DNA of 64,000 bases from Eledone cirrhosa (taxonomy: Eukaryota), in contig OZ024750.1 in NCBI GenBank assembly GCA_964016885.1, forward strand, positions 21,204,001 to 21,268,000, read 5' to 3'. Below, piece after piece: positions 12,315 through 26,268 of the stretch. Positions within the stretch are counted from its first letter, which is position 1; the number at the start of each line of letters is the position of its first letter. The position numbers were made by a program, and so were the translations under genes. The notes under the pieces are model-generated. The model worked only from the letters and a program-made list of their open reading frames with translations, made no database searches and was not told the DNA's origin.

Positions 12315-15300
12315 TCATTGTAAAGATTTGACCTCGTAGTAATGAGAAGCTACTGTAGTGCAGAGTAGATATTATAGATAAGATGGATGGTCGGCTGTCA
12401 GTTCTTTACCGGCTGTTTCGTTTACTTGTCACTTTATTGTGACTGACCAATATAAAATGTGTGCAATTACGTGCATTACGTACTATTCCTGAGCTACAAT
12501 TACATGATATATATTGTTCGTTTAAGTTTTTAAACATACGCAGTTTGGGAATACGTTGAAAATTTCAGTGATATTCTCTACAACACTTGTTGTTATTGTA
12601 GGATATTCTAATATGTGACTCCCGAACTTCCAGTTGAATGGGGGTACGAGACGAAAATTTGTGTAAATATTATTGCGTGTTGAGTCCGTTAGTGTTACAT
12701 GCCTGTATTGTGTTTGTTTTTTATATTACTTGATGATGTTATGAAGAGCTCTAACGAGCAATACTCTGAAGACACAGTCCATAGAGTATGCATATTGATT
12801 TAGTACTTGGATAACAATTTAGTTACGTATTTGGGAACAATAAGTGTGCATGTTTTATGTTGCGGTTTATAAGGAGCAATTCTCTGCAGGCAGGAATTGC
12901 TGACCTTAATTCGGTCTCTCCTGTTTCTGATTACAAATAGTGGTGTGATCAATATAATACATTTCATTAATATATTGTAATCGAGCCAATCCACTAATTT
13001 TCCTTTACACATTTCTGTAATTAGTCATGATATATCAAAGACAAATGTAAATATATTGAATAGATTGTTTAACATATACGGTGTTTATGATGCGGTATCG
13101 CATTGGCGAAGTAGATGAGGTTTTGATATAAATCATTTTATTGATTATTCTGAGCAAGATTTGAGGCAGTTTTCAGTTACCCAAGGCTGAGATGAATAAC
13201 AGTCTTTGTGATGAATGCAATTAACACACATATCTAAGTGTTGTATGTTACGATTTCGAGCAAAATTACGAGCAAGCTTTGATATGTACTTTAACATATA
13301 GAAAACCCAGGAGGCGCAAACTTTTAGAAACATGAATTCTATGCTTAGAAAAATACACCTTCAGTTACGGGAATTTAAGACGTTCAACCTTTTAATCAGA
13401 CAAGGTTGAATAAAAAACAAGAGTTAGTGGAGGTGAAGGGGCCGTGAGACGTTCCCAAACGATTAATAATTGCAAGAAATCTCAGTTGAATAAACACCTC
13501 CAATCTTAGTGGAAACTATCTTTGGAAAAATGTTTGTTTTTATTAAGAAAATGTCTATACAATGTGTTTGAAACATGCATAATATTTGTAAATTTTGGAT
13601 GAGCCTATATCCTTTCATCATTATGCTTGTGTTCCATTTGAAAAAACATATAGTTTTGGATTTTGTAAAGATTTAATCTGAAAATGAAGGAGGAGATCAC
13701 ATGGAAACGTTTCAATGTTCCTCGAGATGTACTGAGAGAGTCGAGTGGGGTATAAAATAAAACAATATATAAGCTATTGTGTAGTAAGTGCAACCGATTG
13801 ACATGTGAAGTTATGTTAAAACGTAATACGTTATCAGAATGCTGGCAACAGATTGATCTCTACTAAATTAACCTGCAGACCAACTGGTCATGTTAAATTA
13901 GTACTAATATTAAGATGCTACCAATGGAGTATTACAGATAAACCGTAGGTATTTTTAAATTGTTTGTATTTTTCTTTCGGTGCCGAGGGGTCATCTAATA
14001 ACAACTTCCTGGGCAGAAGTAATGATTGTTAAAGATAAACAAAGCAACTTCAAGTAAGAGAGTGGTGACGTGTCTGATTTATCCTGAATGCCATATACTT
14101 CGACTTACCAACACAATATCGGCCTCCTGGATCATGTTAGAACGGCTTACATAAGTAGTATAATGGTTGTCTATTCGTACATTTTGGTGTTGTTCTTTGC
14201 TATCAATTTATTAACGTTTATATAACCGTACGAAATGGAAAGAATTTCAAATATCAATTTACTAATCACCGTTGGAAACTACTGCTTATCTCAATACACA
14301 AGTAAATCTATGATTTTCCTAAATTAAGTGTAGACCTGGAATGCCTGATTGTATTAATACAATAACTATAATGAATGTTTCACGTAAAAGCAAGCAAGCA
14401 ACTAACGACCAGAGAGTAGACGTTTTATGACATATATTGATAGATAATAGTATAAAGAGAACATTATTGAAATGAAGTGAAAATAAAATGTATGACTAAT
14501 AATATTCCGCGAATAAATAAACATATAGGTAATTTTAAGAAGGATTACAATATTAAATAGAGGAAGAGAAAAAAGAGAAATAAAAATTGAATAAGGAAAG
14601 GTGGTGGGCAAGCACTACATCATTGGCTGTTCAGTATATCTCAACAGCGCATCACAGACACATTTTTAATGCATAACCGTACAAAACAGCCACCACCACA
14701 CTCTGCATCAGCCATTCCCCTTCCGCGTGGGGAATGGAAATATTTTATGAAAACAAAATATACTGAGCTTCAAGTAAATATATTATAAAGCCTTATATCT
14801 GTTGTAACAGGTGCTTAGGTAAACTAATAGTGTTCAGACAAAACTACAGGAAAAGAGATGATCGTTAGATGGGACCCAGGTAGTCATATCTCTATAGATC
14901 TTTCCATTCCGGATACTATCTAGCAGTCTAAAACATGGCAGAAAACCAGAAATCGTCTCACAACACACAGAGAGAGAAACGAAACTATAAAGCCTCCCGA
15001 CTTACTTTTTCACACGTTCACTAATCTAATATCAGGAATTGTATTTAACAACACCTTGGGAATGAAAGGCTAAGTACATATTGGTGAGATTTGAACTAAG
15101 GGCACAACAAACTGGAGCAAATGCCAAGGCCTTTAATCTGACGCGCTAACATTTCTGCCACAACAACTGAAGACCAAGAAACGTAAGAGGCCTACTGACG
15201 AAACTTAATATTGTTATGGCGTCGGACAATAATCTGTGGCATTTGATAACGGACATTCATTTATAGAATTTAAATCCCACCGATGTCAATAACCCTCTAA

Positions 15301-15969
15301 TCATACAGAAATCGATAAATTACACAGCTGGTAAAATATTGAGGTTGTTATTTTTCCTACTACCACCACCCCGACAATCCACTAGCTTTATATTTATATT
15401 ACTAACTTTCATATGCTCTTCACTTTTTTTATGCCTACCAGGGGATTGTAAGAAAGCACATCTACACCGTGACAGTGTGATATCAATTTATAAACAGGAA
15501 GGAGCATGATAGTTGTCAATCGAACTGCCAAATATCTGCCAAATTTGCCAGAAATATCAGACTAGGAAATTTACAATAAGTGCTAAAATACGACCTACTT
15601 AAACTTGAGGAGGTGTCTTCCCTCTGGGTGCAGACATATCATAGAAACACTTGTAAACGGAAAAGATATGATTGCCAATACGTTCTCTATCATATCTAGA
15701 TTCATCTAAAATATAGAGCCCTACCATGGGACGTGTCTTATAATAGATCTGCTAGGGTAGATATGGACAATGAATAATGGAAAGTTTAATCATGGGGAAG
15801 TAGATATAGAAATATCGTGACATACATTATATCAAAAATAGTTCGAAACATACATTCAGGCAGCATTACTTAAAACATACACACTAACGCACACATATGA
15901 AGTTATAAGTATGCGTAAGTATATCTGCATTAGGAGTTTCATCGTTGGAATACACACACACAAACACCC

Positions 15970-17318
<1,349 letters not shown>

Positions 17319-17921
17319 CTGGTAGAAAGATGAAAATAAAGGCAGGAACGTAATTAAAATTACATTTCGTTCGAGATACACGAAGGGACAGAAATAAAGA
17401 ACTATTAATATGGATACAAGTTCTCACACTCAAAGATTACTACATTGTAAAATTATATATGTATACAGCTTAATACACATAGACGTATACACAATTACCT
17501 ATTCCGGTATTAAGAGGGATATACGCACGCACATACAAATATATATATATATATAGATAGATAGATAGATAGATATACATACATGCATATACTTATGTAT
17601 GAATTAATGTATATATATATATATATATATATATCAAGGTTTTGCGTCTAGAATGTTAACAAGAACTCTTCTATTAATTCTTATCTTTTCATTTCAATAA
17701 AGTGTGTATATATATATATATATGTGTGTGTGGTCCGTGGGGGGTGGGGGGTGTATGTATGTGTGTGTGTTTATATATTTATATATGTTTATATATATAT
17801 ATATATACGTGTGTGTACGTATATATGTATATATGTTTATATATATATATATATGTGTGTGTTTATATATATATATATATATATGTTTATATATATAATG
17901 TATGTATGTTTATATATATAT

Positions 17922-17960
<39 letters not shown>

Positions 17961-17964
17961 TGTG

Positions 17965-18032
<68 letters not shown>

Positions 18033-18040
18033 TGTGTGTG

Positions 18041-18077
<37 letters not shown>

Positions 18078-18304
18078 GTATATATATATATATACACACA
18101 TTTTTCGACCTCATATAACTATTTTTATGTGCGTGCGTTCATTGTCTTCTAAAGTGACTTCTTGCTATCACGAGACGTATGAAACAAAGGCCGGCCTTTG
18201 AGCAACAGGGCGCCTAATATGTAATGTTCTTATCTCTCACTTTCTGCTTAATTGATTTCATGAAAGAAACGTTAACCCCTTTTTACTTCCTTAGTGTACT
18301 CATA

Positions 18305-18343
<39 letters not shown>

Positions 18344-18533
18344 TTTTCATGGTTCATTTTGATTACTCCCAGGTCAGTTCTAATCGAGTTAACTTATACC
18401 AAATGACATTCCCATCGTAGTTTCATTCATTTTTATCTAGGACTAACTACATTATCATCTATATGATTCTGTTGGTTGATATGTCTGGTTACAGAAAGAT
18501 TTGGCTTAGACGATTTAACTCCCACAATATCTA

Positions 18534-18595
<62 letters not shown>

Positions 18596-18598
<3 letters not shown>

Positions 18599-18748
18599 CG
18601 AAGGAAATGTGGTAAGGAACCAGGTGGAGCATAACGCACCAAAGTACTCAATACTTTGGGTAGTAGAGTGGATAATAGGAAAGAGTAAGACCCCGACGGC
18701 TGAGCTCAAGCCGTTTCGACGGCTAATTCTGGACCAGCTAACTCGTTG

Positions 18749-18750
<2 letters not shown>
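18596..18750 (-). mobile_element. Family P1 element with the 3' half of the hammerhead motif
   Basis: The minus strand reads GAATTAGCCGTC-GAAA-CGGCTTGAGCTCAGCCG-TC-GGGGT. It is truncated within stem II and flanked by (TA)n. Confidence 0.75.
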
Positions 18751-18782
<32 letters not shown>

Positions 18783-18783
18783 T

Positions 18784-18988
18784 AGATTAAAGTTTAAGCA
18801 AAGAATCGCTGCTTTCACCCTTAACGGGATCTTCAGAAGATCCCGTTAAGGGTGAAAGCAGCGATTCTTTGCTTAAATTTAATCTGTTATTTTAATAAAT
18901 ATTTGCTCTACGGTTCTTATATATTTGATATATATTTATCCTTATCGAGCCCTCTTTGGATTTTAGTCTTCAAATTTATTATTATTAC
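18784..18988. mobile_element. Hairpin element in (TA)n (family P4): ~51-bp arms centred at 18835, plus tail
   Basis: AGATTAAAGTTTAAGCAAAGAATCGCTGCTTTCACCCTTAACGGGATCTTC-A-GAAGATCCCGTTAAGGGTGAAAGCAGCGATTCTTTGCTTAAATTTAATCT. The tail TCTTTGGATTTTAGTCTTCAAATTTATT recurs at about 899-926. Confidence 0.8.
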
Positions 18989-19343
18989 TATATATATATA
19001 TATATAATCTTCATACACACACACACACACATATATATCTATATATAATCTGTATACACACACACATACATATATATCGAGTTAACTTATACCAATCGTC
19101 GTTAATGTGTCCTCGTTATACCAATCGTTGTTAATGTGTCCTCGTATATGAAATGAAATGAAATTTTAAATGCCTTTCGTGTCAATTAACAAATTAATTA
19201 CTACATTTTTAGAATCATTATTTTCTTGTTTTATACTGCGATGACCTCATATAAATGCTTACATGTTTATGTATACGTTTCATTGATTAGATGTGATAAT
19301 AATGATGATAATAATAATATTAATAATAATAATAATAATAATA

Positions 19344-19977
19344 GTAGGATCTGCGGAGAAAAAGATGAGACTGTGGCTCATATCGTATCCGAGTGTAAAC
19401 ATCTAGCTAGACTTACTGTAAAGGCTGGAGGCATGATAGAAAAAGTGATTCACTGGTATTTATGCAAACTGAATAAATTACTACATTTTGAGAAGTGGTA
19501 TGAGCATAAGCCAGAGTCGATGATAGAAAAGGATCATGGGAAGGTGCTATGGGATTTAAGGATACAAACAGGCAAGAAATTAGGACACAATATGCCTTAC
19601 TTGGTGGTTTTTGACCAGGAAAGAAGATCGTAACTAATTGTAGATGTAGCCAGTCTCTTTGACACAAGAGTGCAGGAAAAGGAGTAGGAAAACATTATCC
19701 CATGCCAGGATTTATAGTGGGAGTTAAAAAGGATTCGGGATTGTCATGAGATCAAGGTCATCCCGATTGTCATAGGAGCACTAGGTACTCTCTCAAAGAG
19801 TTTTCATGGATGGTTAAAGAAGATTAGTCCAGCCCCCTTTTTTGGAATACTTCAAAAGGTATACTTGCTGGGAACAGCAAGAACCCTTTCGGTACGTCCT
19901 GAATATCTGAGGCTGCAGATAGCGGCTTGATGTTTATTTGAACAAACTTTCCAGTTAAATAAGATCAAAGACTGAGA
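19344..19977 (+). pseudogene. 3' fragment of an R4/Dong-like non-LTR retrotransposon (zinc knuckle plus restriction-like endonuclease)
   Basis: Translates to RICGEKDETVAHIVSEC...HW.LCK...KWYEHKPE...KVLWD..IQT....HN.P.LVVFD...LIVDVA...IKVIPIVIGALG...LQK..LLGTAR, with stops and frameshifts. (TAA)n lies on both sides, the known target of Dong-type elements. Confidence 0.88.
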
Positions 19978-19989
19978 TAATCATAATAA

Positions 19990-21100
19990 TAATGGTTTCT
20001 TATATAGACACAAGGCCAGTAATTTGGGGGAAAGGGAAGTCGATTAAATTGACCCCAGTGCGTGACTGGTGCCTTATTTTATCTACCCCGTAAGGATGAA
20101 AGGCAACGTTAACCTAGGCGCGATTTGAACTCAGACCATAAAGGGCCGTAACTCTATGCTGCAAACATGGCGTCCGACCCTCTACTGCAATCATGAGAAC
20201 GTATCCAGTTTAAAATATTTAGAGATAAAATTAATCCGAATGTAGATGATGAAAAGAGAAAAAATCTCTAAGAATAATAGATCGGCTGAGAATGATTTTA
20301 AAAAAAACGCATAATTAGATGCATAACCACCCTCAAGGGACTTAAGCATGTATACGGATAATATGACTACTAGGCACTGCACTCGTTTTATAAAGTGTAG
20401 TTTCAATACAACACAAAACGAACACTGCACATACCCAAACCACAACGAGCTGTGCTCGGTAATGTAGTAACAATATATAATAATAATTATAATAATAGTA
20501 ATAGTAATAATTGTTTCTATTTTGGGCACTAGACCAGCAATTAAGCCATGTGGATTACTGGTACTTTATGTTACCGATCTCCGTAAGGATGAAAGGCGAA
20601 GTTAACCTCGGCGGGATTAGAACTCGGAACTACTAATAATTGTTTCTACTTTTTGGCACAAGGCCAACAAATTACCCAGTGCATTACTGGTACTTTATTT
20701 TAACAACCCCGTAAGGATGAAAGGCAAAGTTAACCTCGGCGGGATTTGAACTCAGAATGGAAAGAGCCGTAACTCTATGCGTCAAAGCATGGCGTCCGCC
20801 CCTCTACCGATACTGCCAATCTACCGCCACAGAACTACTAATAATTGTTTCTACTTTAGGCACAAGGCCAGCAATTCCCCAGTGCATTACTGGTACTTTA
20901 TTTAATCGACCCCGTAAGGATGAAAGGCAAAGTCAACCAGAACTACTAATAATGATTTCTAGTATAGGCATAAGCCAGTAATTTGAGGGGAGGGGAGGAA
21001 AGTCGATTAAATCGACTCCAGTACGTTACTGGTGCTTTACTTTATCGACCCTGTAAGGATGAGACGCAAAGTTAACCTCGATGGGATTTGAACACAGAAC
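19990..21100 (-). mobile_element. Cluster of five family A SINEs (one at 19990-20185; four tandem at 20505-21100)
   Basis: Same Nin/Deu-type motif. The tandem units are separated by GAACTACTAATAAT. Confidence 0.85.
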
Positions 21101-22719
21101 TACTAATAATAATACTACTATTATTAATAATCCTTAGCCTCAGTAAAATCATAATCAAACATATTTCATCCGGGTAGACAAATAAATTATATACGAGCTC
21201 ATGTTCTTCCTAAATTCAGTATACCTCTTTGTGGTTGGTAGATTTAACCATGTACCCACTTTACCAACACCACGTAGACAACTATTTTCTCTGAGAGTAA
21301 AGGAGACACCTCTTACTTTAGGCGATACGCTCCAATCATTCTCTTACAAGCACCAGATGCCCTGAATAAAGGTTAGCGGCACTGGTCATCCTCATCTGAC
21401 AGAGTTATAATAAAAGTAGATGATAGGGTATGATTTGATAGATATTCATTTAGAGGTCCAAAAATGTTATTGAAAATGAGTAAGCATAACTTACTCCCAC
21501 ATGAGTGAGGTGCCGAAACTTTGTCAGGATCATACAAACCCACGATACCGACATTCTTCATTTCAAATCTTCAATATCCTAAAATTCTAATGAGGTTAGG
21601 TATTGTTAATGTTAATAAGATGTACTTTTGCTGAGGTTAATATTAATATTGTTAATATACGCTTTCAGCCCTTGACGTTTATTGAGTTCGACAGATAGTT
21701 ATTATTGAAAATAAATTTAGCATGTCAAAATTTGAAAATGTTACCATAAATATTTAAGGAAATGTCGATAATTGTAAATAATATTTTCTTGGAATAAAAG
21801 ACAATTATATATCAAAAGATCAATAGTTGAATCTGTTCCATATTTGAAATGGTTTTCTTGAGTTGTATTGCCAAAACGTTTAAATGTTTTACAAAATTAT
21901 TTCCTTGCCTATATTTGTTTTACTCTTTCACACTCATTTTGTTTCTATTTAACAACAGAATAGATATTATTTCATAAATGGGAGCACTAATATTAACACA
22001 AACACTTTTTTTTATATAGAATACAAACTAATATATATATATATATATTAGTATGTATTCTATATATTTCTATATATATATATATAGAATACAGGCTAAT
22101 ATATATATATATATATAACGAGCAAGGAAAATAATATATATTACAGATATAAATACAAACGGCTATTATACATTAGCAAAACGTTCTAACTCGGAATTTA
22201 TGACGAAAATAACAGTAACTATCTTTGGATGCGAGCCAGCATATCCAATAAAATGAATACTATATTCCACGTTTTCCAACTCTCAAATTGGATGTTCGAC
22301 AGCCTAGAAATAGTTGCCAAATAATCCTTAACATCGGTGGAATACAGTAATATTAAAGTGGGAAAGAATCAAACGTATCTGATATGAAGTAGTACCGGAC
22401 AATATATATCTCAAAATAATTTGGAGGCCTCACATTATAGATATGCTATATCAGGGTTGTTCAAAGATTTAACAGATACACAACTCAATACACAATTAAA
22501 CAACTTGGTTCGGGTTTATATATTTCTCAAATTTGGTAAACAAGAAAAATAGAAGTACAGCTAAATGGCTTATGTAGCGATGTTCCTTTCGTTATTTTCT
22601 ATTGTTTTGTTTTCTTCTTTCGTTTCCAATTTTAGAATTCAGTAGGAATTACATAAAAAAATAGTCAATGTGTATATTCTCCCCAGAATCAAACAACATG
22701 TACAATATTATCAAATAGA

Positions 22720-24310
22720 TAATTTAGCATTCAGTAGCAATACATATGTGTAAAGTAATATAATTGTTTCTACTTTTGGCACAAAGCCAGCAAATTCCCA
22801 GGTGCATTACTGGTACTTTATTTTATCGACCTCGTAAAGATGAAAGGCTAAGTTAACCTCGGCGGGATTTGAACTCAGAATAGCAAGGGCCGTAACTCTA
22901 TGCGTCAAAGCATGGCGTCTGACCCTCTACCGATACTGCCAATTCACTGGTGATATGATTTTCCGGTTATGCGATAACAAAATGCGGTATTCTCCAGCTG
23001 GTTCAGCGAATCTACCATCGTAGGCTTTCATAATTCCATTATTATATCAAATGAATGGTAGTGAGTCATTCGTTTCATACGATTTCATGAATACAAATTT
23101 GAGTCATGATTTTTTTTAGAGAAATATGTTGATATTTTATACATAAAACAATTGCAATGCAGTTGTGGGATAATTTCAAAATGATTTAATACCCAAACGA
23201 TACATCTCATTGATATTCATTCCTATCGGTTGATGACAATGTAAACAACACCCAAGATTTACATTCCGAATGTTTTCGGTGATATTGACAATTTGAACAA
23301 GATTCGCACTGTTTCATATTTACCCAATAAGGTTTAAGCTAATAAACAACATATTAAAATAGCATGTTTTAAGAGAGGGCACTAGCAGAGATTTCAATTA
23401 AATCCACCGTTCATATAATACAAAATACAAACACATTTTCCCATATTATGCCGTAATAGAATGAAGTAAACTTATCTCGCATGTCATAAGTTGTTTTCCA
23501 CAGAAAACGCCAATAGCTGATAAAAATTGGTAGCGGTGTGGTCACAGAACTTGCCAAAAGAGGGTAAATGACGAAGTCAAACTTTTATAGAGATCACAGC
23601 TCTGGGTCCATCATCAGGTGGTTAAACTATGTTCTATATTAAGGTCACAAACTGATGAAATGCAGTATATTTTAAAACTGGCCCCTATTTACCGACATAT
23701 TCACATATCATTACAGTTCTCAACTACCCTCTCCAAATCGAACGAATTAATCAATATACATATGTTCTCTTGGCTATAGACATAATTTAGCATTCGGTAG
23801 TAATATATAAAACACCGTACTCTATATCAAAACCATTAGAAGTGTCAGGTAGAATGATGAAATGAAAACCTAAGTATATTTGTGATGTATGATTTTCCAG
23901 TTAGGCAATAATAGAAGGCGCTAGTCTCCAGCATATTTAGCTAATCTATCCCTGCAGCCTTTCATAACTCTCTTACTATATCAATCAAACATGTGTGAAT
24001 CATTTGTGTTTTGTGATACGATGAATACATATTTCAGTCACGGTATCACTGATAAAGAGGTGTGTTGATATGTTATACATAAATATACATAAAACGATTG
24101 CAATGCTGTGATGGGATAATTTAAATATGATTCATAGCCAAACCACAGATCCAGTGATTGATCTGCAGTCCCGTTGTTTGATGTCAATGTAAACAGCTCC
24201 CAGTATATAAATTCCCAATGGTTGAGAAATGCATCTCTGTGCTGATAACGTGAACAAAATACACACAGTATTCCATGCTTTCAACTAATAATATCTAAGC
24301 TACAACAGCC
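22720..24310. repeat. Old diverged tandem duplication (about 22720-23350 and 23783-24308)
   Basis: Colinear blocks such as TAATTTAGCATTC.GTAG, ATGATTTTCC.GTTA.GC.ATAA, CATAAAAC.ATTGCAATGC.GT..TGGGATAATTT.AA and TTGATG.CAATGTAAACA occur in both copies. Confidence 0.7.
22760..22945 (-). mobile_element. Family A SINE, near full length
   Basis: Tail, Nin/Deu-type motif, B box (GGATTTGAACTC) and A box (CCGATACTGCCA) as reverse complements. Confidence 0.88.
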
Positions 24311-24449
24311 ACGTAAAATGTTACGGAACAGAGAAAATAGGATGGGAATTAAATCCTGCATTGGGATAAATCAGGGTGTCAAATACTTGAAATATTCCGT
24401 AAGAAAATACAGTAATCATATATTGTATGCCACACGTTTCTCTCCCTCT

Positions 24450-24602
<153 letters not shown>

Positions 24603-24689
24603 GTCTTCATGACTTGTTCTTTCGATCTCACTCGATAAACCCGCTATTGTCACTGTTTTCATGAAGACAAGAGTGACAACGGAAGTAAA

Positions 24690-24748
24690 AGAAATTTGCA
24701 TAAAATTGCAGTTGAAAATTGCTAACAAATATCGTCCGCACCCTGTAT
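24690..24748. mobile_element. Possible solo Tc1/mariner-type terminus
   Basis: Ends ...CGTCCGCACCCTG-TA, the reverse complement of TA-CAGGGTG, a common Tc1/mariner end. No partner terminus was seen. Confidence 0.3.
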
Positions 24749-25999
24749 ATATATATTGTAGTAATGTATATAATCGAAGTTGCAGCCGCAGGTAGCAAAT
24801 TCGCATCCGATATTCGAAGACGTTCACAAAGCACTCGATGATAGAGTTATTCATAAATTTCTCCTAAGAGCGAACATGAGAAGTTAGGTACTAATGACAC
24901 AATGAGTAATACGGCCAGAGGCATGTTGCCACGTTAATACTACAACGACATATACAAACAGGTTAAAGACGAATCTGACCTGATCGATAGATATTAATCG
25001 ATAAATATATTCGATATATATATGCGTGTGTGTGTGGTGTGTGTCTTTCTTTGTGTGTGTTACCGATGTTTTCCAAGGTTAAGACAGTGGTTGGAAGATT
25101 GTGGATACAGCGTTGTCTCCAATGTTGTCGAGATCCGAAATCAATATTTAGTGTATGGAACTATAATGTATCTATTTTGTGGACGTAGTCGAACTGAAAT
25201 CAGTAGATATTATATACATCACTTCCTTGTGTTAGCCTTGGGTTCCTAATCACAAGACCAACTAATTTATTATATCAATTTTCAGTTTTTATATTTATTC
25301 ACAAAACATAACCAAATTTTGCTAGATGACATAATTTCTTTACAATGTTGAATGATTTATCTGTTATCATATAAACAATGTAAATCTAAAATTAAAATAA
25401 TACAGGATGTTAACTCAAATACAGATAATAATGTGTAAAAAAAAAAACAACGAAAAATCTGTGATAATCAGTTCAAACTTTTGATCTTACTGGTTAGCTC
25501 TAACTGATTATATGTTATCACGAACCTCCGAAACATTGTGCTTAATACGTTGCTTTTAAATATATTCAGGAACTTTCTCAGTAAATCAAAACGTTCTAAG
25601 ATATGGAGAAACAAGACATTCCCTAGAGACAGAATAGGTAAGAAAATCGATAGATGAAATCTCTTATTAACTATACGTAATCAAAACATATCCCTGTTGT
25701 TATTTGCTTTAATCGGAATATCCCTGGAGTCAGGTGTAGGAAATCTAGGAATAAATTGGTAAATAAACCACTGATTATACCTCTCAGTAGCATAACGTGT
25801 TCAATCACACAAATTCAGATAAGACTGTATTTTAAATACACCAAAGTGTAATGTTGGGAAATGGTCTTGTACGTGTTTTTTGTTGTTTTTGCAATTATAG
25901 TTTAACCATTGTCCTGACATGGCTGAATATATTTGTAAGAAAGACATTCTAACTGTGACTATTATATATGAACATATATAATACCCTTTCATTATTTGA

Positions 26000-26268
26000 G
26001 GGATTGGCAGTATCGGTAGAGGGTCGGACGCCATGCTTTGCAGCAAAGAGTTACGGCTCTTTAAGGTCTGAGTTCAAAGTATCAGTAATACACTGTTCCG
26101 CCGCATAGTTACCGGTCTTTACGTTCTGAGTTCAAATCCTGCCGAGGTTAGGTTTACCTTTCATCCTTACGGGGTCGATGAAATAAAGTACCAGTCACAC
26201 ACTGGTATCGATTTAATAGACTTTCCATTCCCTAAAAGTGCTGGCCTTGTGCCTAAATCAGAAATCAT
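26000..26268 (+). mobile_element. Family A SINE with a partly duplicated head
   Basis: GGATTGGCAGTATCGGTAGAGGGTCGGACGCC, two CTGAGTTCAAA boxes, then the Nin/Deu-type motif and tail. Confidence 0.82.

Noticed and set aside
12380-14200. 1.8-kb microsatellite-free stretch as a decayed DNA transposon or exon cluster
   Set aside because: No long ORF, TIR pair or transposase motif was found by eye; left unannotated.
23575-23625. Minus-strand CTGATGA followed by an AGAG/CTCT hairpin
   Set aside because: The GAAA box is absent (TAAAA), and there is no stem I pairing and no second copy.
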